Shown here one piece after another: positions 28,303-37,661 of a DNA stretch of 64,000 bases. A program made the position numbers and the translations under genes. The stretch is from Trypanosoma brucei (Eukaryota). Position 1 is the first letter of the stretch. The number at the start of each line of letters is the position of its first letter. Location: positions 224,001-288,000 of the forward strand of contig CM000208.1 of the NCBI GenBank assembly GCA_000002445.1. Reading direction: 5' to 3'. The notes beneath the pieces were generated by a model that was given only the letters and a program-made list of their open reading frames with translations, was not told the origin of the DNA and made no database searches.

Positions 28303-28690
28303 CTGGATACGTGTATGTTTTAAAACCTGAGCTTATTGAGTCTCTTCCCCCCTGCACAGTTCCTTTTCACTCGGTTTGTGTGCTGTTCTATTTTTTAGTT
28401 CTACCCGCGTCTGCCTTTCCCCATCCCCATTATGTTTTCTTTTTTGCAACCAGCATCTTGGTGTGTTATTCGTATCAAGACTAAATTGTAAGGCGAGGGA
28501 GAAGGGGGAACAAACTTCGTAGGAGTGTAGCCGGTATCACAAAGAAACACCCCACCAGAGTTGGGACTCTAGTTTTGTAAGGTATCAACGAGGCGTAGGA
28601 GTACGTGTACTTTCGAGCTTCTGGCTCCGCCGTTGACGATTGTTGTGGCTTTTGTTTATTCATTGCAGTTCGTTATCCCGTGAGCATCTG

Positions 28691-30628
28691 ATGCAGAACG
28701 TTATCCTTGCCCATGACGGTTCGGTTGTTGCCCCACGTCGGTATTCCACAACGCAACAGCAGACGGCCCAGCAGCCTAGCTCATCCACACACTCAACGCG
28801 TAATCAGAAGCACCACCATCAACAGCTGCAGCAGCAATCGGATGCAGATGATAATTGCGCCTATCTGCAACGCCATTGTATTCCATCAAAGGTAGAGGGT
28901 TTATTCAGCAATGTGTTGAATGATCTCCCGAATGACCCTTTGCTCCACATTGTCGAGCAACTACGTGCCAGTAACAACAGCAACAACCTTAGCAATGGCG
29001 GCAATCCCCCTAACCATAGTAAACAGGCAACGAATGAGTCCATACGGGAGGGTGCCACCGGTAGCGGCACTACTGAAGGTAAGGAGCCAGTCCCACCAAC
29101 TACACCATGTGCGCCCTTCACCCGAACTGCATTGGTGAGTGAGGGCTTGAATCCTGAGCCACCGACACGCGGCAACAACCCCGTCAGCGGTGCTGAAGAC
29201 CCTTTTGTGCATTCTATGAATGTGGCCACAGAGTCTGGTTGCCGCCCTGTCGGTGAAAATTTGAATACCCCACCAGCGAGCGTAGATGCGGCGGGATTAT
29301 CACTAGCTAACGCGACACCAACGACGACACCTCTAACGACATCTGCCACGCCTTCAGTAACGACGTGCGAGTCCATGAATGCCTTCACGCTTGCATCTGG
29401 GCGAGCAAGGACTCCAACGCCGCCGGCATTTTCCGAATTAAGTTGCACCAACTATCGTGGGAGTGTCAACGGTGCGCGACCCGCTACCCACGCAATGCGG
29501 CCGTCGTCAAGAGGGAGCAGCAGGAATGAGGTGGTTCAGGGGGTATGTGGTGTCCGTTTTGGGGCAACCAACGACATATTCTATGGGGGGCCAATGCCAC
29601 CCACACTGGATCGCGACGAAAGCACACGTAGCGACCTTTCGGCCTTCAGCGTGGCGTCCATGGACTTGCAAGACTTTCTACAGGAGTTCCGCAGCGCCAA
29701 GGTCGAGAGCGTAGGGGCAGAAGCGAAGATGGTGGATATCAACGCCCTCTCCGACATCATTCAGAATGTAAATATTCCACTTCCAGATACTCCAATCATT
29801 GCGGACTTGTTTGATGAAGTTAGGAATATCGCCGCACTGCGCTACGACACTGAAGCATCACCCGATCAAGCGAATGACATGGAATGTCAGAAGCGCATAT
29901 CGGCGACAACGACAGTGGTGACGGGGTCTGAGTCGAATTTAATTGACTGTATATATTTCGAAGCCTTTCTAGCGCGAATGGCGTTCATGATCCAAGGCCG
30001 TTACCCGATGGAAGTCTTGCGCGGGACTTTCTATTCTATAGGTGAGTCGGCTCGGCAGAAGCCATCGGCGGATGGCGCAGCACAGCCCTCATCAGTGACA
30101 CCACCACAGACAACGCAGCAGCAGCAGCAACAGAAGGTGTGTGCAGAAGATATCCGCGGCCCCAGCACAAGCTCCTTTGGTGTTGCGAGCAGGCCGTACC
30201 GTGTGGCTGCAAAGTCGGGTTGTAGAAACAGCAACAGCGGTGCACTCTCCGCCGACAGCAGTAGCAATACACACACCTCTCCAACTGTCATTCCCACCAC
30301 CGCCGCCTGCCCAATAAACTGCAGTGCAGCAGAACAAGCAGCCGAGCCCTCGGCACTCCTTAACGGTGTGCCACTCGCCATATGCGTGGAGGAGGGTCTC
30401 TGGCGTGGGCTCGGCTTGCCTGCAACTCGTGAAGAAGTGGAGCGCGCCCTGCATACTCTTGGAATACCGGTGGACGGCAACTACAAGTGTCACGTCAATG
30501 ACTTTGTGCGTCTGGTCACCGTTCTGACAAGTGGAGGGATGTCAGGGCTCTCGTGTGAGAAAACGTCACCTTGGGGCCCTGTGGGGATTGGGCGTGAGAG
30601 TTCATTTCTGCAGCAGCCGCAGGAATAA
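28691..30628 (+). CDS. Low-complexity (Q/S/T/P-rich) hypothetical protein (~645 aa)
   Basis: The track start at 28640 is TTG; the first ATG is at 28691 ('MQNVILAHDG...'). It has poly-Q and T/S/P-rich segments. The C-terminal region is more complex ('...ERALHTLGIPVDGNYKCHVNDFVRLVTVL...'). Confidence 0.5.
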   Translation: MQNVILAHDGSVVAPRRYSTTQQQTAQQPSSSTHSTRNQKHHHQQLQQQSDADDNCAYLQRHCIPSKVEGLFSNVLNDLPNDPLLHIVEQLRASNNSNNLSNGGNPPNHSKQATNESIREGATGSGTTEGKEPVPPTTPCAPFTRTALVSEGLNPEPPTRGNNPVSGAEDPFVHSMNVATESGCRPVGENLNTPPASVDAAGLSLANATPTTTPLTTSATPSVTTCESMNAFTLASGRARTPTPPAFSELSCTNYRGSVNGARPATHAMRPSSRGSSRNEVVQGVCGVRFGATNDIFYGGPMPPTLDRDESTRSDLSAFSVASMDLQDFLQEFRSAKVESVGAEAKMVDINALSDIIQNVNIPLPDTPIIADLFDEVRNIAALRYDTEASPDQANDMECQKRISATTTVVTGSESNLIDCIYFEAFLARMAFMIQGRYPMEVLRGTFYSIGESARQKPSADGAAQPSSVTPPQTTQQQQQQKVCAEDIRGPSTSSFGVASRPYRVAAKSGCRNSNSGALSADSSSNTHTSPTVIPTTAACPINCSAAEQAAEPSALLNGVPLAICVEEGLWRGLGLPATREEVERALHTLGIPVDGNYKCHVNDFVRLVTVLTSGGMSGLSCEKTSPWGPVGIGRESSFLQQPQE

Positions 30629-32762
30629 GTGGGCCACATCGTTGAGGGTAATGTGACGTGGCTTAACCATGCGTCCCCACCTGCTTATTCATATGATGTG
30701 CTGATGTTTTGAGCAGTAGAGGCGGTCGCGGCAGGCTGATGAGGTACAGATCACATTAAGTGGGAAGAAGGAGAGTCCATGAAACAAGTGGAGTGGGGAG
30801 GGGAAAGTAAAGGAAATTGTATGATTGCTATCAATTAATATAATGCTCTGCGGTCTACCAAAAATAAGAGGTGTGCCGTCCCTACCCCTCCTGTGCTTCA
30901 TGCGTGCAAAGTGGAAAAACTCCACGCGCGCACCTTTGTGTCTATATATCTATATATTGTTATATATGAATGCATATGATTGTTCATCATTAGTTTGAAA
31001 GTGTTTTTTTTCTTAGTTTGGTTTGTGTGTAAACGTTTCCTTTGGTTAAAGTTTGTGTTCACGAACCCGATATGCGCGTTTCTGCTTTCTTTCCCTCCGT
31101 GCGCATGTGCATGTGTATGATTGCTTTTGTCGCTTTAAACATTCAACGTATGAAAAAAAGGACTCGGCCCCCTCTTTTGTCTTGTTAATTTTTGTATCTC
31201 CTGTGCATGACCTTCCTTCATTCTTCTTTTAGAGAGGGGGGAAACTACTAAATAAAAACTTTCATCATTTGATGTTTCTGTTGTTATTAAGCGTCTGCTA
31301 CGTCTTCTTTTTCTTTTCTTTTTTTTGCTGGGGATTTTTTGACTGTCACTCACTTCACTCCCCCTCTCTCCCTCCGGTGCATGGAACGAAGGCGGTGACG
31401 ATATTCCGCCAAACACAAGGGGGGGAAGGGGAGGTTTGTTTTTCTTTTCCTGGTTTGTTCGCTTGCGTGTAGGTGCGAGTTCCCCAATGTTTTGTGCGGT
31501 GTTTCCTTTCCAAAGTACGGGGAGGGGAAGGAGGAAAAAGGAAGGGTATCACATATGTTGTATAACTAAATGGAGGAGGGAAGGAAAGTCAGGAGGAGAA
31601 ATAGAATAGAAAGTGAGTATGAGCGAACAAAAGGACGGAAGATTCGTGTGAGTGAAAGTTGCGGAGCAGTTCACTGTCGTGTCATCGTTATTAGTGTCTA
31701 TACTACAACCTTTTTCTTTTTTTTCGGTGGGCCTCTTCCTTTTCTTTTTTTCTCTCACTCACCATTTCAGCGCGGTTCCCTCTTAACCCCGACCCGGTAC
31801 ATCCACAAACTCACCCTTTGCTAAGGTTACATGCGGAAAGGAGGGAAAGGGAGAGTGTGTGCATGAGTATATAAAGATGCGTTTTTGGTGCTGCTTCTGG
31901 AACGGTTGTAAATGTGATGGAGTGCCATGAATGAAGCGGAGCATTCTTTTTTTTAAAAAAAGAGAGAGAACGTTGAGGATATGACGTAAACGGTGCAAAT
32001 GCTTTCCACACCTGCATTACCCCACCACACTTCACCTACAAGAAAAAATAATTTTTTTCATGGCCTTTCTTTTTTTTTTTCTCTTTCTCTCTCTCTTTTA
32101 TTCTTCGCACCTTCATTATGTCGTAGTTCGTCATTTGTAGCAGCTTCCTTGTAGAGTGGTGAGGTGACTGGCGAAGGGCAAATTCACTTATGCTATTTAC
32201 ATATTCCACAACTGATGCCTGGGAATTATATTGCATCAGCTGAACGCAAGTAACTGGAGCGGTGTCATGCGCAGTGGGGGAACTTAACAAAGCGCGATCA
32301 GATACGAATGGTTGGTATGGGCGTCAAATCAACGAAGGGAGAGACCAAATGGGGAAAGGTCAACTCACATTGGCTACATGAATTCTTGTGTTAACCAGGT
32401 GTTAAAACGGCAGCTCCTAAGTTTACTCGAACTAGGCGTAGGGATGCGATTTTCGCGCACCAACTTGACGGTGATATCCCCCGCTGTGTTTTGTGTCGGC
32501 AATTTTTTGACTTCCACTTATTGTTGGTGTTGCCCCATCACGGTGGATCACACTTGACACTTTTACTCACCTGCAGTCGCGCAATTGAATAATAACAATA
32601 GCGATAACTGATGAGCAGTTTTTTGATCCCTTGCTCTTTTTTATTGGCTACCGCCTAGTTATAAACCCACATTTGGGGTTGGGAAAAGGGAGGAAAGAAA
32701 CGAAGCAGTTAACTCAATCGCGAAGCCGATACACACATTTGTAAGTGTCAGGAGGAGGTGGC

Positions 32763-33389
32763 ATGACATTAGGGCCCACAACCAGAGTAACTGTCAATGT
32801 TACGGGTACAGTAACTGTGCCGCTGCATCTCAACGCGCTTGAAAGCCTCGATGACGCCCCCCTTCAAGAGGAAATCATGAGGGAGGCGGTTCGGCTCTCA
32901 CTGGCGGAGCAACTGGGTGGATTCGACAACTTCACGGTTACTTCTGCACGCAAGGGTGGTAATCATGTCTGCGAGGCGCGACTGGATGTGGGCGACCTCT
33001 GCTCAATCATTGCTGACGTGAAGAACGCTTATGAGCATGGAGAGCGACGGCTTCGAGAACTGCAACAACTGATCACTGCGATTCGTGAACAGTTGAAAGA
33101 AAGCGGAAGAGAAGGCGGGAGCGAAGACGAGGACATCACCGTCCCCGGCATAGTAAAGGTCGTGAGTGACATGGTGGAAGATGCATTACGAGGACCCGGT
33201 GAGTCTTCGCTTTCAGCGGCCATCCGCGAGGTTTCGAATGATAAGAGTTGGTTGGAGGAGGTGCCTGTTGGAGATCGTAGCGGCGGGGCGGCGAGCAAAT
33301 CTGATGAGGACAGCCCAAGTGGAGTCGGTTACACGCGCTTGCCTGACAGCGGTGAAGACAGCAATGGGAGTGAAAGACAACTGGAGTGA
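32763..33389 (+). CDS. Hypothetical acidic protein (~208 aa)
   Basis: The track start at 32745 is GTG; the ATG is at 32763 ('MTLGPTTRV...'). Sense orientation; no recognisable domain. Confidence 0.45.
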   Translation: MTLGPTTRVTVNVTGTVTVPLHLNALESLDDAPLQEEIMREAVRLSLAEQLGGFDNFTVTSARKGGNHVCEARLDVGDLCSIIADVKNAYEHGERRLRELQQLITAIREQLKESGREGGSEDEDITVPGIVKVVSDMVEDALRGPGESSLSAAIREVSNDKSWLEEVPVGDRSGGAASKSDEDSPSGVGYTRLPDSGEDSNGSERQLE

Positions 33390-33658
33390 CTGTGGGGACT
33401 CCAAGCTACACTGCTCTTGATTCTTGTTGTCGTTATTTCTTTTTCTTCTTTTCGAACCAGGGTCACCGTTGCGCTGGTCTAATCTCGGCATGAGAGTTTT
33501 CATGAAACTAGCTCATGTTTTCCCCCTCCTTCCTGTGATGTCCATATTATCATTGAAGAGGGTTGTGAAGCCCCATCACACGCTCTTAATACATAAACAG
33601 AACTAATTGCTTTGGTGTGAGCCGTGGTATCCATTAAGTGGAAGTTAACGCAGACGAC

Positions 33659-35065
33659 ATGCTGCGTGGCGTGACAGCACTTTTGGAAGCTATTGACGAA
33701 CGTGCAGAGCAACACGCCCGTCAGGCAGTAGAAAGGAACGTCGAGATCAATGTGTCATCCTGTTCTACGGAAGGCCACGACCCTGCACAACAGGGAATGT
33801 TGAGATGCAACGTTCCTGATGGTTCAGTTGCGATTGACCCCGCCGGGTCTGGTGTTGTCTATCTTCCAACATTCCCGGAGCCACCCTTCCCACTCCATGG
33901 GTTTGCGGCGCCTCCCCATCATGATGACGCCGTCGCCCCTTCCCTTAACACGTGGAGTCACATAGAGGGCAATGGAATTGCAACAACAGCATCTGCACTC
34001 GCGGCCGTGGGCAGGGATTCCAGTTCGCCTCTTACGGGGCAGAAGGAAAAGCAAATTGAGGCGCTAACTCAAATGGTTCAGCGGTACCAGGCAGCGGCAG
34101 AAGTTGCAAAGCAAGAATTGCTGCAACAGTCTCTGAGAGTGTGCAAACTAGAGGAAGCACTGCAAGACACAAAAACGGAATTGGAGGAACACAAGGTAAA
34201 GTCGCGTTTGTTGTTGGAAGAGCGCCAGCGTCAGTGCGAGGAGCTTCACGCACTTCTCGAGCGCAGGAAAGAAAGTGTCCCATTTTACCATAGTGATGAT
34301 ATCCCGGGGCAAGCGGAAAGTCACGTCGAAGGGGTGGAGGGTGTCAAAACCGAGGAGGGAGATGTGGGAGATTTGAGAAACAGCGTTACTTCCTTACAGC
34401 GGCAGCGTGAGTGGCTTGAAGCGCAAGTGGCGGCGGGGAGGCGTGAGACGACAGAGTTTCGTCAACGGCACAGCGCAGTATTGCAAGATCTGGAGTTCCT
34501 CAAAGCAGACCTAAAGGGGGTGCAAGAGGCTTTGGACAGCGAAGTAGCGGCACATAATCATAGCAAAGCGCTTTTGCAGAGCCGACAACGTGAGCTAAAT
34601 GAGTTGCGAGCAGCTGTGGAAAGAAATGGAGGGACTTTCACCGCCTCTGGGGCCCTTGTTGCTTTACGTCCCGATGGAAGGAAAGAAGGTGATGTGCTGC
34701 TTTCCCGCCAATTGTTGGAAAAACATAAGGCGATGGAAACGGCGCTGCGTGACGCCGCAGAATGGCGTCGACGATGTGAAAGGATGACGAATAGGCTTGA
34801 AGAAGAGCGCACAGCACGTGTATCCATAGAGGCGCCCTATCCGATGGGTGAAGTGGGCGAGCCGCATAGTGTCACATTTTTCGGTGAAGAGTACAACGGT
34901 GTTGTTGGCCAATTCATAGGGAAATGTGGTCATGTTCTCGATTCAACGGCACTCCACGCCGCAAGACTGCTGCGTCGGTCGTCACCACTTCGGATCTTTA
35001 CAATGGTGTACATTGTTTGTCTTCACGTACTGATTGTTGTGGTTCCGTTAATGCTGTCCAGTTAG
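33659..35065 (+). CDS. Coiled-coil hypothetical protein with a C-terminal hydrophobic (tail-anchor-like) segment (~468 aa)
   Basis: The track start at 33638 is GTG; the ATG is at 33659 ('MLRGVTALLEAIDE'). The central region has heptad E/L/Q/R-rich segments. The last ~25 aa, 'IFTMVYIVCLHVLIVVVPLMLSS', are strongly hydrophobic. Confidence 0.55.
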   Translation: MLRGVTALLEAIDERAEQHARQAVERNVEINVSSCSTEGHDPAQQGMLRCNVPDGSVAIDPAGSGVVYLPTFPEPPFPLHGFAAPPHHDDAVAPSLNTWSHIEGNGIATTASALAAVGRDSSSPLTGQKEKQIEALTQMVQRYQAAAEVAKQELLQQSLRVCKLEEALQDTKTELEEHKVKSRLLLEERQRQCEELHALLERRKESVPFYHSDDIPGQAESHVEGVEGVKTEEGDVGDLRNSVTSLQRQREWLEAQVAAGRRETTEFRQRHSAVLQDLEFLKADLKGVQEALDSEVAAHNHSKALLQSRQRELNELRAAVERNGGTFTASGALVALRPDGRKEGDVLLSRQLLEKHKAMETALRDAAEWRRRCERMTNRLEEERTARVSIEAPYPMGEVGEPHSVTFFGEEYNGVVGQFIGKCGHVLDSTALHAARLLRRSSPLRIFTMVYIVCLHVLIVVVPLMLSS

Positions 35066-35435
35066 GTGGTTGACTGATGAGTGATGAGGTGGCTTTGTGC
35101 GCATACAGTTTAACGGCAACACGCGGAGTGTGCAGGCGAAGTTGCATTCCGTGGTGTTCACTCCTTCGCAATGCTTGCCGCAAAAAGCAGCGGCCTGATA
35201 CTACCTTTCGGTCCCTTATTGGTTTCACTCCCTGTTCGTTTCCCTGTTGAAATGATTGTTGGTGTTCCTTGACTGAGTTGCTCTTCCTCCCCCTAGCGGA
35301 TCAATTCATTTTTTTTCTCGAAACCCACATGTTTTTCTTAACCACGATGTGGAATCACTGCTGCAGTTCCAACAGGAGGAACAATAGAGGTAAAGAAAGT
35401 GGTAGATATAAAGACGAGTAAAAGCAACCAGCACG

Positions 35436-37265
35436 ATGGAGTTAATTGATCCCGTAGTCCCCTATGGTGACCGAGAGGTGCAAGAGGCTTTGCGACTGCT
35501 CGAGGAGCCCATCATCGTATTTGGTGAAACAATGTCAGAGCGTCGGCAACGTCTACGCAAGCACATGGTGGAAAAGGGATACGGAAGCTTGGATGCAGTC
35601 CGCGGGATACAACATTATTCAGGCTTCACTGCTGCAGCTGCGGCAACTCCGCGTGTTGGCAGAATGATTTCTGGTGCGGTTGAAGCAGGGGGAAAACTTT
35701 CCGATGCGCCATCAGAACTCGTCAAGAAGCGTGTGGCCCTACTTCCTGTTACGCTGGAGCGGGCGGAACGGCGGATCGCAAAACTAAAGGAGGCGTTTGT
35801 TGCACCCACTGCCGTTCGTGCCGCGCACCACTCGATGGTTGATCGGCTGCGCGGCCTCCGCTTAACGAAGTCAGTTCGCAACGTGAAAGTTGTTAGACAA
35901 CGTGATGGGCCGTCGACATCTGAATCTGCGTCTATTTCAGAATTCTTTTGCATGCCCTTCACCTGCTGCGCGGCAGTCCCAGCGTTGGATCATATCGCGG
36001 TAACTGGTGCCGTGAACGGTGTCGTAACGATGTGGAGTGCTTCAACTTGTCGTGCTCTTGGAAGTGGATCCACGTGTGAGACTGGCTGGGGGCCAGTGCG
36101 GCATCTTGCGGCGCATCCCATTCAGCCACTCTTTTTTAGCACAACAATGTTCGACTCGCGCATCGCAATGTGGCGCATTTCCACGCAACCCCTGGACGAT
36201 ACGAGTAACGCAGGTGAAAGTGGCTCCAGCGTGGCCGGTGCTAATGGTGGAACAGGTGCAGTTGCAGACACCAACTTGTTCCTCAAGCGAGTGGCGCTAA
36301 GTAGCTCGAAACATACAGCAGGTATTAACCGAATCGCAGTGGACCCCACTGGTGTTTGGCTTGCTTCTGCAAGTGATGACACCACTGTGCGCTTGTGGGA
36401 CATCAATAACGACACCCCACTTCTTCCGCTGGTTTCTCACAACGGATATGAAGATGTGTGTGGTATCCTTGATGTGCGGTTTCATCCAGACTCATCACTT
36501 TTAGCTACAGCTGACAAAGCAGGGCGCGTAGTTGCGTGGGATCTAAGGAGCGGGGCGGTCTCCTTCACCGCGGCTGGGAAACACGGCGGTCATTTGCAAG
36601 CCTGTACATGTCTTTCATGGTCGCTGTGCGGTTTTCGGTTCGCTACGGGTGGTGCCGACAACAATGTGCACGTCTGGGATGCGCGTTACCTGTGTCGCGG
36701 AGCGGCCGGAGCCCCATGCATACTGGCGGGTCACGACGACGTCGTCACATCCGTGGAGTTCTGCAGAAACCCCAGCTTCCCAGCCGTTCCAGCCGCACTC
36801 GTTTCCACATCTCTCGACGGAACGGTAAGATTATGGGATATGAATGCCACGGGTGCAAGTGTGCAGGTGTTGCGAGGGCCTTCTCCCGTTCGTGGACAGT
36901 GTTGGCCCGCAGAAGGGGGGCAAACGGGGGAAACGTTGTTTACCGTAGCCCATAGTAAGTACTGGTCGTTGTGGAGTTGTGTTGCGGATGGGGAGAGTTG
37001 CGAAGTCACTCGCAGAGAGACAGAGGACACTGTTGTCTCGGAGGTGGTGACACTGTTAAGGGACGACGTCGTGACGAGTGGCTTCAGAGAAGAGGAAGGC
37101 GATGGGGATGACGAAGAGGAAGAGGAAGACGAGATGATGGCATTGCGAAAACATAATAAGACAGCCACTGGGGAAAGTTGTTTGGCCCCCAACAATGGTG
37201 ATGAATGTGCCCACGAAAGCACCGATGATGATGAGGATGAAATGCAACTACTGAAGAGAAAGTAA
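35436..37265 (+). CDS. PRP4: WD40-repeat protein with an N-terminal PRP4-like motif; candidate U4/U6 snRNP Prp4 orthologue
   Basis: ATG at 35436. The N-terminus 'EALRLLEEPIIVFGETMSERRQRLRKHM' matches the PRP4-like/SFM motif pattern (ep..lFGE..eRr.RLr). WD repeats follow ('GHDDVVTSVEF', 'VRLWDINNDTPLL', 'VVAWDLRSGAV', 'VHVWDARYL', 'VRLWDMNATGASV'). The C-terminal tail is acidic. Confidence 0.6.
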   Translation: MELIDPVVPYGDREVQEALRLLEEPIIVFGETMSERRQRLRKHMVEKGYGSLDAVRGIQHYSGFTAAAAATPRVGRMISGAVEAGGKLSDAPSELVKKRVALLPVTLERAERRIAKLKEAFVAPTAVRAAHHSMVDRLRGLRLTKSVRNVKVVRQRDGPSTSESASISEFFCMPFTCCAAVPALDHIAVTGAVNGVVTMWSASTCRALGSGSTCETGWGPVRHLAAHPIQPLFFSTTMFDSRIAMWRISTQPLDDTSNAGESGSSVAGANGGTGAVADTNLFLKRVALSSSKHTAGINRIAVDPTGVWLASASDDTTVRLWDINNDTPLLPLVSHNGYEDVCGILDVRFHPDSSLLATADKAGRVVAWDLRSGAVSFTAAGKHGGHLQACTCLSWSLCGFRFATGGADNNVHVWDARYLCRGAAGAPCILAGHDDVVTSVEFCRNPSFPAVPAALVSTSLDGTVRLWDMNATGASVQVLRGPSPVRGQCWPAEGGQTGETLFTVAHSKYWSLWSCVADGESCEVTRRETEDTVVSEVVTLLRDDVVTSGFREEEGDGDDEEEEEDEMMALRKHNKTATGESCLAPNNGDECAHESTDDDEDEMQLLKRK

Positions 37266-37661
37266 CTCTTGGGATTGTTACTTCAGGTTGCAACATTCAT
37301 CAGTCTTCATTCTCCCGAGTTTTGGTATCTGGCGCCAACAAAGGGAAACGCAGTGGCCGCAGGACTCCATGGACTTCTAGTCGCTAGCTTCAACTCAAAT
37401 GCGACACACTGGGGGGGGGGTTGTTTTGTGCTCGTGTAATCCCTTCAACGTGTACTTTTGTTTGTGGTTTTCCGACCTTCTATTTGGCTGATAGCATGGA
37501 CCCTTGTCCGTTTTATTCTCTTGTTTACTCGCTCGCCACATTTTTTTTCCTTTTAATGAAAACCGTAGCATTAACCGTAGCACGACAAAGTGGACGGGGG
37601 AAAAGAAGGAAAGGGGGAAGGCAAATCAGGAAGGGAGTTGATAAAAGGCCCGCAACTTTAA

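Noticed and set aside
32600-32640. Possible C/D snoRNA box: 'ctgatgagc' (a C-box-like TGATGA) upstream of ORF 32763
   Set aside because: I found no matching D box (CTGA) at appropriate spacing, no terminal stem and no evident rRNA antisense element. A single hexamer is expected by chance.
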